Positions 31,138 through 41,707 are shown, counted from the first letter of the stretch. The stretch is 64,000 nucleotides of DNA from a virus (IMGVR_UViG_3300014205_000181:1-64000), one strand, 5' to 3'. Notes: a model not told the origin generated them from the letters alone. A program made the numbers and translations.

Positions 31138-32370
31138 TTGCAAGAAAATCAACCAAACGATTTAGAACTTACAATCCAAACTTACCTTGACTTAGGTAAA
31201 AATGCAAGAGCTACAGCTAAAGCATTAAACCTTCCAAGAAGTACAGTCCGCAATCGTTTGAAGAAAGCAAAAAATAATCCTAAATATAAAGCATTATTAA
31301 ACATATCAGAAGATTTTAAAGTAACAGATACAAATATTTTAAATCAACAAATCCAAGAATTAAGAAGGCAGTTAAATTCTGCTCAAAAGAGTACTTTATT
31401 CACAGAACAGATTAAGAAATTTGTACTTAAATTAAAAGATTCAGACCCTATTTATCCTGAGTGGTTGGATAATTGCTTTGGTATTAAAAAAGACGATATA
31501 ATTGGTGTTCCTACTTTAATACTAAGCGATTGGCATTACGGGGAGGTAGTAGATCCAAATCAGATATTCGGCGTAAATGAATACAATATGGAGATTGCAA
31601 AGGAAAGGTCAAAAATTGTAGTTGATAAATGTATTGACCTTGCTTTTAATCATATCGCTAATCCAAAATATCCTGGAATTATTGTGGCATTGCTTGGAGA
31701 TATGACTACTGGACTTATCCATGATGAATTAAAAATTACTGGCGAAAAGGAAGTTCTCCAAGTTACATTAGAACTTCTTGGGGTAATGATTGAAGCTATT
31801 AATAAATTAGCAGATGCTTTCGGAAAGGTATTCTTGCCTTGTGTTGCTGGTAATCATGGAAGACTGACTCTCAAGCCAAGGGCAAAGGGTTATGCATACG
31901 ACTCCACCGATTGGCTATTATTTCAACTACTTGCGAAGTTCTTTGAAAATGATAAACGAGTAAAGTTTTTAATTTCGGATGGTGAAGATGCACAATATAA
32001 AGTTTACGATTTTACTTATAGGATTTCACACGGATCGCAGTTTAAAACGGGAGATGCAATCATAGGCAGCGCGGGAAGTATTATCAGAGGAGATATTCGG
32101 AAGCGTTCTTCTGCTCGTTCAATGGATGCGGAATATGATGTGCTGTTAATAGGCCATTTTCACCAATCAATGACAATTGCCCAAAGGTGTATTTGTAATG
32201 GATCGTTGGTTGGTTATAGTGAATATGCTGCTAAATGCAACTTTCCGTTTGAACCACCTACACAAAATTTCTTTATTACCCATCCAATTCATGGGGTGAC
32301 ATTTAACTTACCAATTAGAATAGAGAACAAGGTACAAGAAAAGAAAGAATGGGTTTCCTGGGAGGAATAA
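31138..32370 (+). CDS. HTH plus calcineurin-like phosphoesterase/nuclease
   Basis: N-terminal HTH (ARATAKALNLPRSTVRNRL); SDWH, LGD, GNHG, SHG, GHFH. Confidence 0.8.
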   Translation: MQENQPNDLELTIQTYLDLGKNARATAKALNLPRSTVRNRLKKAKNNPKYKALLNISEDFKVTDTNILNQQIQELRRQLNSAQKSTLFTEQIKKFVLKLKDSDPIYPEWLDNCFGIKKDDIIGVPTLILSDWHYGEVVDPNQIFGVNEYNMEIAKERSKIVVDKCIDLAFNHIANPKYPGIIVALLGDMTTGLIHDELKITGEKEVLQVTLELLGVMIEAINKLADAFGKVFLPCVAGNHGRLTLKPRAKGYAYDSTDWLLFQLLAKFFENDKRVKFLISDGEDAQYKVYDFTYRISHGSQFKTGDAIIGSAGSIIRGDIRKRSSARSMDAEYDVLLIGHFHQSMTIAQRCICNGSLVGYSEYAAKCNFPFEPPTQNFFITHPIHGVTFNLPIRIENKVQEKKEWVSWEE

Positions 32371-32903
32371 AATGAGAGCTTGTAATTGTACACTACCTTA
32401 TATAAATCCAGATGCTTGTAGTAATTGTCAAAACAGATCTACATTTGATGAGTATAAATTTTTAAATGATTTTATAGAGCAGCAAGAGCCATTACCACCC
32501 GAATTTCAGAAAGTACTGGATGACAACTTTTGGGAATTACTAGAAGAATGAACGCCATAAAATATTATATACTAAAATACCACCATTATATCTTTAATGA
32601 ATACCTACAAGTTCTAGGATTCGTAATATTTTTCAAGGTTAAAAACATATGGCTTTAATTTATCATTTAGTCCGTATAAAGCAGAATACACATGGACAAT
32701 TAGAACCTGTAAATAGAGATTATTGCCCTTTATATAAGGATAAAAACGAAATATCAGTATGTCAAGATGGAGATAATTATTGTGTAGGTATTGAACAAGG
32801 AAATGTTATAAAACAACTAGACAGTATTACATATTTAATTCAATGTAATTATTTTAATACAAAAAGAAGTAAAGCAATAGATAAATAAGATAGGAGGAAT
32901 ATA

Positions 32904-35552
32904 ATGACTGTAAATAAAGCATTTGCGTATATTAAAAAAGATGATTCTTTGGATTCTGAGCGTAGTATTATTTGCTATGCTTCTACTAATAGCGTTGATC
33001 GTCATGGAGATATGATCTTGCCTACGGCATGGTCCGAAAAAGGCATGAAGAATTACCGTAAGAATCCGGTAATTTTGCTTAATCATGACTACCATAATAC
33101 ATTGCCTGTTGGTAAATCTTTATGGCAGAAGACTGATGATAAAGGGTTAAAATTTAAAATCCAGTTTGCCGATACGGATCTAGGAAGGGAATTATATTAC
33201 CTATATTCTGGTGGCTATATGTCAAGCTTCAGCGTGGGTTTTCGTCCAGTGAAAACGTATGATAATGAAGATACTAAAAAATATAAGGATGAAGATGGTA
33301 ATATTCCCCATACAGTTTATGAAGAATGTGAACTATTAGAATTATCAGCCGTAAATTTGCCTGCAAATGCCGATGCTAACATGATTAGAACCGTAAAAGG
33401 GTTAGTAGAACAAGAAAAAGGTGGGTTTGTAAAATCTAAAGAATTGATTGATTTTATTGGCGGTATCAAGAGTTCAAAAGAATATATTGAATTAATTTCT
33501 GAGGACGAAGCAAAAGAAGCTCCACAAGAAAAAGCGAAAATTGTAGGGCATATCGATTTAGATTTTGACAATAAATATGTGAATGAAGATGAAATGATGA
33601 TTATTCCACTTAAAAAGAAATATGAAGATTGTGAAAATAAATGCGATAGTTGTAAAGATTGTAATAACGAAGAATTAACTGGAATTGTTGAAGAACCCGT
33701 TGAAGAAAAGTCACAAGATGATACTGATATCCAAGAGAAGGCTGAAGAGAAAGCAAAGAAACCATGTAAGAAAGAAGACGGCTGTGATGGTGAGTGCATT
33801 GGCGATGAATGTGATGAGTATGATTCATGTGATGAAGAAATGAAGAAACAATTCGTTGAGGTTTCTATTAATAAAGAAGTTATAGAGGAGATTACCGAAG
33901 AAAAACAAATTGAAGAAGTTGTTGAAACGGAAATCAAATCAGAATTGGATGAAATTATTGAAGATTCAATTAAAGAATTAGAAGAGGAAAATATAGAAAT
34001 AAAAGACACTTCTTACATTCAAAAAACGATTGATTTGTTTAATTCTTTAAATATTAAAAATATTACTCCAGAAATGAAAGAACAAATCAAAAAACAATAC
34101 GGAGAAGAGTTTGATATTTCAAGTGTAAAAGTAGAACCATATGGTTTTGAATATAAAATTTTCTGTAAGTTCCTTGGTTGTAAAGTAAAAGAAATTTTTA
34201 CTAATGACTTTTTTATTCCTACTGTAGAAAGAGGGAATTACCTTTCTGCCATTAAGACTGTGTTAAAAGATGCAACTCTCCTTGATCAAAGGGCATTTAC
34301 TCAAAATGGTTGCGAAGTTCCGCTTAAATATAGCACTATTAAATTAAATTCAAAAAGATCAGATGAATTTTTAATTACCGGGACTCAATTTTATAAATCC
34401 ACTGATGGTGAATCATTCATCCTTCAATTCTACCCTGTCTGGGGAGGAATGATAGCAGATATCTATTGTTCAAAAGACAAAAATAAAATAGCAAAATCAT
34501 TATTTGTTGATTCTGTTAAGTGGGTAGAAAAAAATAATTTTCTTAGAGGTGAAAAATTTTCCGTTAGCGGTGAATTTTTAGAAAGAAAATTATTTGAATG
34601 GGATGATGTAATTTATTCAAGTGATAAAGATAAAGAGACTATCAAGAAGAATGTTGAGAAGTTGTCAGAAACCTCTCCTAGTCGGGGGATGATGCTTGTT
34701 GGCCCTCCAGGAAACGGCAAAACTACCCTCGGCAAAGTTATGATGAATAAAATGGATTCAACATTTATTTGGGCTAGTTCAAAAGATTTTGAATGGGGTG
34801 CGGATTATACATTAGGTATTGGCTTTGAGATGGCTAGAAAATTAGCCCCCGCTGTATTTTTTATTGAGGATATTGATGGTTGGTTAAATGCTTATACTGT
34901 TGATCTTCTCAAGACAGAAATGGATGGTATTAGAGACAATAAAGGCGTTCTTACTATCTTAACAAGTAATTTCCCCGAAAATATGCCAGATGCATTGATT
35001 GATCGCCCAGGCAGATTCCATCATATTATAAATTTTTCTTTACCAAATAAAGAAAATAGAATAAAATTATTAAAGTTTTTTACTGAAAATGCCGATAAGG
35101 AAAGTATAGAAAAATTTGCAGATATGACAGAAGGATATAGTGGTTCACATCTAAGAGAATTAGTAGATTTTGCAAAAATGATTTCCGAAGATGAAGAAAT
35201 TTCAATAGACGAAGCATTAATGAAATCGTTTGAACAAATGAAAGAGCAAAGACAATTAATCCATGATATTAAAAATGAACCGAAGAAGAAAGAATTTATT
35301 GATATCGAAACTGTAGAAGTTAAAGATTCTAGTATTGATTTTGAAATTAAAAATACTGAAGAGGAAACGGTAATTAAAGAAACGATTGATTTTGAGATTA
35401 AAGAAACTAAACAAAGTGTAGATTTTAATATTACTAAAGAAGAGGCTCAAGAGATAATTAAAAATTCAATTATTAATGTAGCACAAGAAATGCAATCGAT
35501 TGAAGACTTAGTTGATGAAAGAATTAAAAGAGCAAAGGGTATTATTTTTTAA
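32904..35552 (+). CDS. HK97-family prohead protease fused to an AAA+ ATPase
   Basis: aa1-165: DRHGD, NPVILLNHD, PVGK, FSVGF, LLELSAV..PAN; C-terminal half: GPPGNGKT, FFIEDID, TSN, RPGRF, YSGSHLRE. Confidence 0.9.
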   Translation: MTVNKAFAYIKKDDSLDSERSIICYASTNSVDRHGDMILPTAWSEKGMKNYRKNPVILLNHDYHNTLPVGKSLWQKTDDKGLKFKIQFADTDLGRELYYLYSGGYMSSFSVGFRPVKTYDNEDTKKYKDEDGNIPHTVYEECELLELSAVNLPANADANMIRTVKGLVEQEKGGFVKSKELIDFIGGIKSSKEYIELISEDEAKEAPQEKAKIVGHIDLDFDNKYVNEDEMMIIPLKKKYEDCENKCDSCKDCNNEELTGIVEEPVEEKSQDDTDIQEKAEEKAKKPCKKEDGCDGECIGDECDEYDSCDEEMKKQFVEVSINKEVIEEITEEKQIEEVVETEIKSELDEIIEDSIKELEEENIEIKDTSYIQKTIDLFNSLNIKNITPEMKEQIKKQYGEEFDISSVKVEPYGFEYKIFCKFLGCKVKEIFTNDFFIPTVERGNYLSAIKTVLKDATLLDQRAFTQNGCEVPLKYSTIKLNSKRSDEFLITGTQFYKSTDGESFILQFYPVWGGMIADIYCSKDKNKIAKSLFVDSVKWVEKNNFLRGEKFSVSGEFLERKLFEWDDVIYSSDKDKETIKKNVEKLSETSPSRGMMLVGPPGNGKTTLGKVMMNKMDSTFIWASSKDFEWGADYTLGIGFEMARKLAPAVFFIEDIDGWLNAYTVDLLKTEMDGIRDNKGVLTILTSNFPENMPDALIDRPGRFHHIINFSLPNKENRIKLLKFFTENADKESIEKFADMTEGYSGSHLRELVDFAKMISEDEEISIDEALMKSFEQMKEQRQLIHDIKNEPKKKEFIDIETVEVKDSSIDFEIKNTEEETVIKETIDFEIKETKQSVDFNITKEEAQEIIKNSIINVAQEMQSIEDLVDERIKRAKGIIF
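35070..35099 (+). promoter_or_regulatory. sigma28/FliA-like promoter inside the protease gene, upstream of the capsid gene
   Basis: TTAAAGTTTTTTACTGAAAATGCCGATAAG. Confidence 0.7.
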
Positions 35553-35979
35553 AGGATATTTATGAATAAATATTATGGTCGTAGATGTATGGGACATTAT
35601 GTAAAATGTGATGATATTCCTAGTTTATTCAAACCAACAACTGTTGGTCGTTCAATTAAAATAGTACATGGCATTCCTGATGATTCGCAATTGATTGATC
35701 TAGTAATTCAAGATGGATATGATGGGAAAGAGTGCATGTTTGTGTTTGAAAGTGAAGAATTCGACGTATTTGAATATGGGGCAAAATCACTTCCTGGTAT
35801 TTCGGTTAGATATAGTTATTATACAATTAAAGAGTGATTTTTTAAATAAAACATAAATTATGGTTATACATCCTCAGTATAAAATATACCAAAAATCACT
35901 AAGGATGTCAAGAAAATTGCTGGAGATACTTTAGAGGTATTAGGCGATTATTAAAATAAAATATTTGGAGGAATTAAAT

Positions 35980-37227
35980 ATGGAAAAAAGTGAATTTGAA
36001 GCACTTGTAAAGGACACTACTACTGAAGCCGTTAAGGGTATTATGGATGCTAATAACGAGAAGCTTGCGGACGTTATTGATGCTAAGATCAAGGAAGCGG
36101 TAGTTGATGTAGAGAAGCGGATTGTGGTAGGGAAGGAAGAAATGGAAAAGGATAAGAAAGCTGGGTTTAAATCATTTACTCATTTTTGTGTAGACATCGC
36201 AAAGGCCTCTGCGTCTGGTTTTCGTAAAGTAAGTTCTGAACTCGAGAAATGGGAAACTCATTGCACTAAAGCTGCTGGGTCTCCTTCTCAGAATGTTTCT
36301 GATGGTGAAGCTGGTGGTTATCTTGTTCCTGAAGAGTTTCGTCAGAACCTCCTAGTTGCGACTAGAGAAAAAAATGAGTTCATGTCCCGTTGTACTCAGA
36401 TTCCCATGCAGAGTAATGTAGTTAAAATCCCCTATGTAAATGGCTTCGATAAATCAGGGAATCTTGTATATGGTAATGTAGCTTGGCAGTGGACCCAAGA
36501 AGAAGAAGATTTCACCGCTAAAAACGTGAAGTTCGGTTATATTAACCTTGCTCTTCATAAGGTAACTGGTATGGCTTACGTTTCTGATGAGATTCTTCGG
36601 TTCTCTCCTATGAGTATGGAGAACATCCTTCAAGAAGGATTTATTGATGGATTTAATTATGAAATGAACCGGGTTATTCTTAAAGGAACAGGAGCTGGCC
36701 AACCGCAGGGCATTCTTTCGGCCCCTGCAACTATTAGTATTGCTGCCGAATCTGGGCAAACGTCCACTCAGATTCTTTGGGAAAACGTGATTAAGATGTA
36801 CGCTCGTTGTATCAATCCCGCAAATGCAATTTGGATTGCTAATCCAAATACCCTTCCTCAATTAGCTTCTATGAGCCTTGCTATAGGAACAGGCGGAATT
36901 CCTGTATTTATGCCTGCTGGGGGAGCTGCCGGTCAGCCTTATGCAACTCTATTTGGTCTTCCCCTTGTATTTAGCCATCATGCTAAGTCTTTGGGTACTG
37001 CTGGAGATTTAGTCCTTGCTGATATGAAACAGTATCTCTTGGGTATGCTTGCTGGCGATGAAGGTATGAGATTTGATACTTCTATGCATATTAAATTTGA
37101 AACGGACCAGCAGGCTTTCCGTTTTGCGTTCTATGTGGCCGGACAGAGTTGGATGCCAACATACCTTACTCCTCCTGAAGCTACGTCTGACACTCTTTCT
37201 CCGTTTATTATGATTGCCACTCGGTAA
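35980..37227 (+). CDS. Major capsid protein (HK97 fold)
   Basis: GGYLVPEEF, GTGAGQPQGIL, TLFGLP; N-terminal delta-like domain. Confidence 0.93.
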   Translation: MEKSEFEALVKDTTTEAVKGIMDANNEKLADVIDAKIKEAVVDVEKRIVVGKEEMEKDKKAGFKSFTHFCVDIAKASASGFRKVSSELEKWETHCTKAAGSPSQNVSDGEAGGYLVPEEFRQNLLVATREKNEFMSRCTQIPMQSNVVKIPYVNGFDKSGNLVYGNVAWQWTQEEEDFTAKNVKFGYINLALHKVTGMAYVSDEILRFSPMSMENILQEGFIDGFNYEMNRVILKGTGAGQPQGILSAPATISIAAESGQTSTQILWENVIKMYARCINPANAIWIANPNTLPQLASMSLAIGTGGIPVFMPAGGAAGQPYATLFGLPLVFSHHAKSLGTAGDLVLADMKQYLLGMLAGDEGMRFDTSMHIKFETDQQAFRFAFYVAGQSWMPTYLTPPEATSDTLSPFIMIATR

Positions 37228-37268
37228 TTGATTTATTTGATAAATGATTATAATATAATGCTATGTGT

Positions 37269-37361
37269 TTTGGGATAGGACGGCCATCCGACAAGTTGAG
37301 AATTCTCCCGCTCAATTTCCCAAATTTAAAATTTACGGGAACATATGGGGATATGTAAATG
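37269..37361 (+). promoter_or_regulatory. Endonuclease-leader RNA motif, copy B
   Basis: P1 TTTGGGA/TCCCAAA; TAGGACGGCCATCCGACA; P3 AGTTGAG/CTCAATT; loop TCCCG complementary to CGGGA at 37336. Confidence 0.75.
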
Positions 37362-38456
37362 GCAAGAAAAGCAAATAAAGTAGAAGTAAAATGTGAAACG
37401 TGTGGCATCCAAAAGATTATCACTGAAAGAGCATATAACGACAATAAAACAAAGAGGTTTTATTGTAATTCTGAATGTAGAAGTAAAGATAGATTTAAAC
37501 AAATAGATGTTAGTTGTCCTAATTGTGGGAAAGAATTTTGGGTTCCAGAATCGCAATTTAATCGGACAAAATCTAAAAAGTTTTATTGTAGTGTAAAATG
37601 TAGGAGTGAACATTCTAATATTTTATCTATTTGCTCCGGTTGCGGAAAAGAGTTTATAAAGAAATCTTATGACAAAGGCGGTCTATTTTGCAGTAATGAA
37701 TGTTACTTTAAAAGCATAAGAAACAGGGTTAAAACAAATTGCGCTTTTTGTGGGAAAGAAATAGAAAAATCTAGACATCAATTTGATACTCAAGATAATT
37801 GTTTTTGCTCAAGGGAGTGTTTGTTTAGCTGGCAACGTGAAAATTGGCAAGGAGAGAGCCATCCTAATTATTCCCAAATTGAAATATCTTGTGGTTTTTG
37901 TGGTAAACAGATATCGAGAAATAAATGGCAGGTAGAGAATAGAAAATATCTCTTTTGTGATTCTTCTTGTCTTCACGATTTTATGAAAAGTGACAAGTCA
38001 TGGGGAAGAAAAGATAAACATTTAGTACCGTGTTCGAATTGTGGCAAAGAATTACTGGTTTCACCTGCTGAAGTGGATCGATATTGTAAACATTTTTGTG
38101 ATTCTTCTTGTAAGAGTGAATTTAATGTCGGAGAGAATAATCCTAACTGGAGAGGTGGATTATCATTCCAAGATTATGGGATGGAATTCAATGAAACACT
38201 AAAAGGGGTTGTTAGAAACAGGGATAATAGGACTTGTCAGTTATGTGGAGAGGTGGAAACGGATAGAAAGCATGACTGTCACCACATTGATTATTGCAAG
38301 GAAAATAATGTAGAAGAAAATCTTATTTCTTTATGTAGAGCGAATGGATGCCACTCAAAAACAAATGGGAATAGGAAGTATTGGGAAAAATATTTTAAGG
38401 AATTAATAGAACAAAAGTATAATAATCTTTTGGATGCTGCACGTTCAACAACATAA
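37359..38456 (+). CDS. HNH endonuclease with multiple CxxC...FCSxxC zinc-finger repeats
   Basis: Six Zn-finger repeats; NPNWRGG; RDNRTCQLCG...HHIDY...NLISLC. Confidence 0.85.
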   Translation: MARKANKVEVKCETCGIQKIITERAYNDNKTKRFYCNSECRSKDRFKQIDVSCPNCGKEFWVPESQFNRTKSKKFYCSVKCRSEHSNILSICSGCGKEFIKKSYDKGGLFCSNECYFKSIRNRVKTNCAFCGKEIEKSRHQFDTQDNCFCSRECLFSWQRENWQGESHPNYSQIEISCGFCGKQISRNKWQVENRKYLFCDSSCLHDFMKSDKSWGRKDKHLVPCSNCGKELLVSPAEVDRYCKHFCDSSCKSEFNVGENNPNWRGGLSFQDYGMEFNETLKGVVRNRDNRTCQLCGEVETDRKHDCHHIDYCKENNVEENLISLCRANGCHSKTNGNRKYWEKYFKELIEQKYNNLLDAARSTT

Positions 38457-38485
38457 AACGTATAAAAATTTAGGAGGAATAAATT

Positions 38486-38971
38486 ATGAGTGGAAGACTT
38501 TTTCAAGAAGTTCATGTAGTAAATGCTATGCCTGCCGCTAATCAGGCGGCTTATGAAGATATTTTTAATGGTAGCCCAAGTACTGATATCGTTAACCTTG
38601 GTAAATATGAAAAATGTCTTTGGATTCTTCAGAAAGCTGCTGGTGCAACTGGTAGCGCTGTAATCACAGTTGGTTCTTGCGATACTGTTGTCCCAGGTAC
38701 TGCTACCGCAGTTGCCTTCAATTATTGGACTTGTACAAGTGGTGATACTTGGTCTGATATGCAGACCGCGACTTCCGCAGGTTTTACAACCACTGTAGGG
38801 ACTGACCAAGCATATGCGATTGAAATTAATAGTTCTGAACTTTATAGCACCGATAAGTATGCTAGAATGACCATGACAGAATCCGTTAACGATCCTGTAG
38901 ACGGTACTGTAGTCTGTATTATGGGTGGTGGTCGTTCTGTTCACGAAGTTTCTGACACCGCAATCGTTTAA
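38486..38971 (+). CDS. Putative head decoration/structural protein
   Basis: Position after capsid; T/A/G-rich; strong RBS. Confidence 0.55.
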   Translation: MSGRLFQEVHVVNAMPAANQAAYEDIFNGSPSTDIVNLGKYEKCLWILQKAAGATGSAVITVGSCDTVVPGTATAVAFNYWTCTSGDTWSDMQTATSAGFTTTVGTDQAYAIEINSSELYSTDKYARMTMTESVNDPVDGTVVCIMGGGRSVHEVSDTAIV

Positions 38972-38998
38972 ACATAGCGGTAACCAGTAATAATCAAC

Positions 38999-39041
38999 AC
39001 CCACTTACCTCTGATTATTTTAAATTGAGAGGTAAGTGGGT
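38999..39041 (+). terminator. 14-bp hairpin (terminator or processing site)
   Basis: ACCCACTTACCTCT/AGAGGTAAGTGGGT; U-tract is weak. Confidence 0.5.
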
Positions 39042-39048
39042 TAATTGT

Positions 39049-39123
39049 AGCGGGTTGGAGAAGTAGGAACTCGTCAGGCTCATATCCTGAAGATCATAGG
39101 TGCAAATCCTATACCCGCTACCA
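39049..39123 (+). tRNA. tRNA-Met (CAT), initiator-like
   Basis: AGCGGGT/ACCCGCT acceptor; TCAGG-CTCATAT-CCTGA; encoded CCA. Confidence 0.88.
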
Positions 39124-39145
39124 ATATCAATAGAGGATTTAAAAT

Positions 39146-39412
39146 TTGGGAAACGAATACGTTAAAGTCAAATTCCTTTCAGATTGGATGGGTCATCCCG
39201 AAGGTTCCACCCTAACAATCATGAAGGTAAAAGCGAATGAATTAAAGGCGAGGAATATTATTAAACTAGTTGATACAGTTGATTCTAAATCTTTGATTGA
39301 TTTAAATAATAAGATTAAAGAAGAAATTAAAAACCTTGATTCTCCGCCTATGAATAAAATGATAGATTCCCCTCAAATTAAAAAATCTAGTGGTAGACCG
39401 AAAAAGAAGTGA
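39146..39412 (+). CDS. Hypothetical head-region protein
   Basis: ORF between tRNAs; basic C-terminus GRPKKK. Confidence 0.55.
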   Translation: MGNEYVKVKFLSDWMGHPEGSTLTIMKVKANELKARNIIKLVDTVDSKSLIDLNNKIKEEIKNLDSPPMNKMIDSPQIKKSSGRPKKK

Positions 39413-39421
39413 ATTGATTAT

Positions 39422-39499
39422 CTGTGTGTAGCTCAGTCTTAGTAGAGTAACCGCCTTGGACGCGGGAAGTCGGAGGTTCGAATCCTCCCACCCAGACCA
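39422..39499 (+). tRNA. tRNA-Pro (TGG)
   Basis: CTGTGTG/CACCCAG acceptor; loop CTTGGAC; GTTCGAAT; CCA. Confidence 0.85.
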
Positions 39500-39520
39500 T
39501 AATAGAATAGATTTTTAACG

Positions 39521-39596
39521 GCTGGATTAGCTCAGTTGGTAGAGCATCTGCCTTGTAAGCAGGCGGTCACGGGTTCGATGCCTGTATCCAGCTCCA
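39521..39596 (+). tRNA. tRNA-Thr (TGT)
   Basis: GCTGGAT/ATCCAGC acceptor; loop CTTGTAA; GTTCGA; CCA. Confidence 0.92.
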
Positions 39597-39660
39597 CAAA
39601 TAGGCGGAACTGCCGCCAAGAAACGCAATAATATTTGCGTACAGATAGGAGGAATAAATT

Positions 39661-39978
39661 ATGCCTGTAACACTCGTAAAAAGTTCATGGGAAAGTGGGA
39701 ATTTAGTATTTAAGAAAGTAGGTACTTGGGCTACTACTGGGATTACTCTCGGTGAAGATGCAACCGGGTTAGATTTTAAATGTTTTGGCGATACTACTGG
39801 CAAATACATGCTTTGGGACCAGTCAGCCGACAAACTTATCATAATTGGGACAAGTGACTTGGGAACAAGCGCGGAGGCAGATGCATACACAGTCGGGGGC
39901 ACGGCGGGGGTAGATTTTGCTTCTGGCGCAATTACCAGCTTGCAGGTAATCAAGGGAATCGTGACATATGCCGCGTAA
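39661..39978 (+). CDS. Putative virion structural protein
   Basis: Strong AGGAGG RBS; G/T/A-rich. Confidence 0.55.
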   Translation: MPVTLVKSSWESGNLVFKKVGTWATTGITLGEDATGLDFKCFGDTTGKYMLWDQSADKLIIIGTSDLGTSAEADAYTVGGTAGVDFASGAITSLQVIKGIVTYAA

Positions 39979-39999
39979 ATAGTTGACCTAATTACATAT

Positions 40000-40087
40000 T
40001 TGGGGATAGGGCTGTACACCTGACAAGAAGACTTAATCCATCTTCTTCCCCAATTTTATTTTAAGGACCATAGGAGGAATAACTATG
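40000..40087 (+). promoter_or_regulatory. Endonuclease-leader RNA motif, copy C
   Basis: P1 TTGGGGA/TCCCCAA; TAGG-N8-CCTGACA; P3 AGAAGA/TCTTCT; loop CTTAA complementary to TTAAG at 40061. Confidence 0.7.
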
Positions 40088-40786
40088 GAAAATGTATTAG
40101 GTAATAGGTACGGAAGATGGATTGTAATAAACAACAATCCGAGTATCAGGACGAAGAAAAGAAGATCGGTCATTTGTCAATGTTCATGTAAAAAGAAAAC
40201 CGTTAGGGAAGTAACTATTGTAGATTTGAAAATGGGTAAATCTAATTCTTGCGGATGTCTCCAAAGAGAAAGGGCAGCAGAATCGAATAGTACTCATGGG
40301 CTTTATAGGCACCCTTTGTATAATATCTGGGGTTTAATGATGGGAAGATGCTATAACAAAAATGGAGTTCAATATAAGGATTGGGGCGGTAGAGGAATAA
40401 TAGTTTGCGATGAGTGGAAATATAATCCCGAATTATTTATAGAATGGTGTTTAGAAAACGGATGGGTTCAGGGATTAGAAATTGATAGAGAAAACAATGA
40501 CGGGAATTATGAACCAAATAATTGTAGATTTGTAACATCTCAGATAAATATAATAAACATGAGATTAATTCAATCAAACAACACATCTGGATATAGGGGC
40601 GTTTATTATAATAAACGCAAAAGAAGTTATTGTTGCCAAATTGGATATAACAAGAAATATATTTTAAGTGAATCTGGCTTCAAAACACCAGAACAGGCGG
40701 CGAAAGCACGGGATATATTTATTATAAAAAACGATTTGCCTCATAAATTAAATTTCCCAGAACTAGCAATTAACGGGCCGCTATGA
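40085..40786 (+). CDS. HNH-AP2 homing endonuclease
   Basis: SCGC, RCY, WGGRGI.VC.EW, IDR.NNDGNYEP.NCRFV, NTSGYRGV. Confidence 0.85.
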   Translation: MENVLGNRYGRWIVINNNPSIRTKKRRSVICQCSCKKKTVREVTIVDLKMGKSNSCGCLQRERAAESNSTHGLYRHPLYNIWGLMMGRCYNKNGVQYKDWGGRGIIVCDEWKYNPELFIEWCLENGWVQGLEIDRENNDGNYEPNNCRFVTSQINIINMRLIQSNNTSGYRGVYYNKRKRSYCCQIGYNKKYILSESGFKTPEQAAKARDIFIIKNDLPHKLNFPELAINGPL

Positions 40787-41394
40787 AAAATATTAATATA
40801 GCAATCGTTTTGCCTGTAAGCTGGGAATATTTACCAATACAATTTTTCAAATCCTGGATAACTTTAAAGAAACCAGAGCACTCTGTCATTATCCCAACGA
40901 GAGGAAGAATTGATGACATGCGGAATGCAGCAATAAACTCTGTGCTTAAAGATGGTAGTTTTAGCCACATTTTATTTTTAGATACAGACCACTTTCATCA
41001 TCCAGACACAATACCAAAATTGCTTTCTCACAATAAACACATTGTATCTGGATTAAGTTTTAGAAGGTCAGAACCGTATGACCCTATAATGTTCGTTAAG
41101 GATTACAAAAAATTTAAAAACATTACAGAGTGGAAAGATGGTGAGTTATTAGAGGTAGATGTAATAGGAGCGGCCTCATTACTCGTAGATGTAGAAGTTT
41201 TTAATAGAATGAAAGCTCCATATTTTGAAATGAACTACCCATATATGGATGGTGTTATTTCAGAAGATTTTGCGTTTTGTTTAAAAGCACAAGAACTTGG
41301 GTATGAAGTCTATTGTGATACAAGTTGCACGAATGATCATATTGGCACTTTGAATATCAATAAAAAAGTTTGGGAGAAATTTTGTGGAAAATAA
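40783..41394 (+). CDS. GT-A fold glycosyltransferase-like protein (paralog 1)
   Basis: HILFLDTD, SED..FC, CDTS. Confidence 0.75.
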   Translation: MKNINIAIVLPVSWEYLPIQFFKSWITLKKPEHSVIIPTRGRIDDMRNAAINSVLKDGSFSHILFLDTDHFHHPDTIPKLLSHNKHIVSGLSFRRSEPYDPIMFVKDYKKFKNITEWKDGELLEVDVIGAASLLVDVEVFNRMKAPYFEMNYPYMDGVISEDFAFCLKAQELGYEVYCDTSCTNDHIGTLNINKKVWEKFCGK

Positions 41395-41707
41395 AAAATT
41401 AAGTGTATTTGATAGAATTATACTTTTGAATATTTTACCTAATATTGAAGAAGTAGATAGAACGATGTTTGGACTTTATCATGATTTTTTAAAAGAGCTT
41501 TCGTTTACACAAGAAGAGCATGATAAGTTTCAAATCACCCACGATGAAAATGGACAAGTGAAATGGACAAACAATGAAGAAAAAGAATTTATCATTTGTA
41601 ATAAAGTACAAAATATAATTGTTGGTAGATTAAAAGCTTGCAAAGAAAAAGAATTGCTCCAAGAAGAACATTTGGAATTATATAATAAATTTGTTAATGA
41701 GGATTAA
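41384..41707 (+). CDS. Hypothetical protein
   Basis: ORF coupled to both neighbours. Confidence 0.55.
   Translation: MENKKLSVFDRIILLNILPNIEEVDRTMFGLYHDFLKELSFTQEEHDKFQITHDENGQVKWTNNEEKEFIICNKVQNIIVGRLKACKEKELLQEEHLELYNKFVNED

Noticed and set aside
33317-34009. 230-aa Ser-rich minus-strand ORF, and similar ones at 38291, 39567 and 62606
   Set aside because: Antisense shadows of the Glu-rich protease linker and other structural genes
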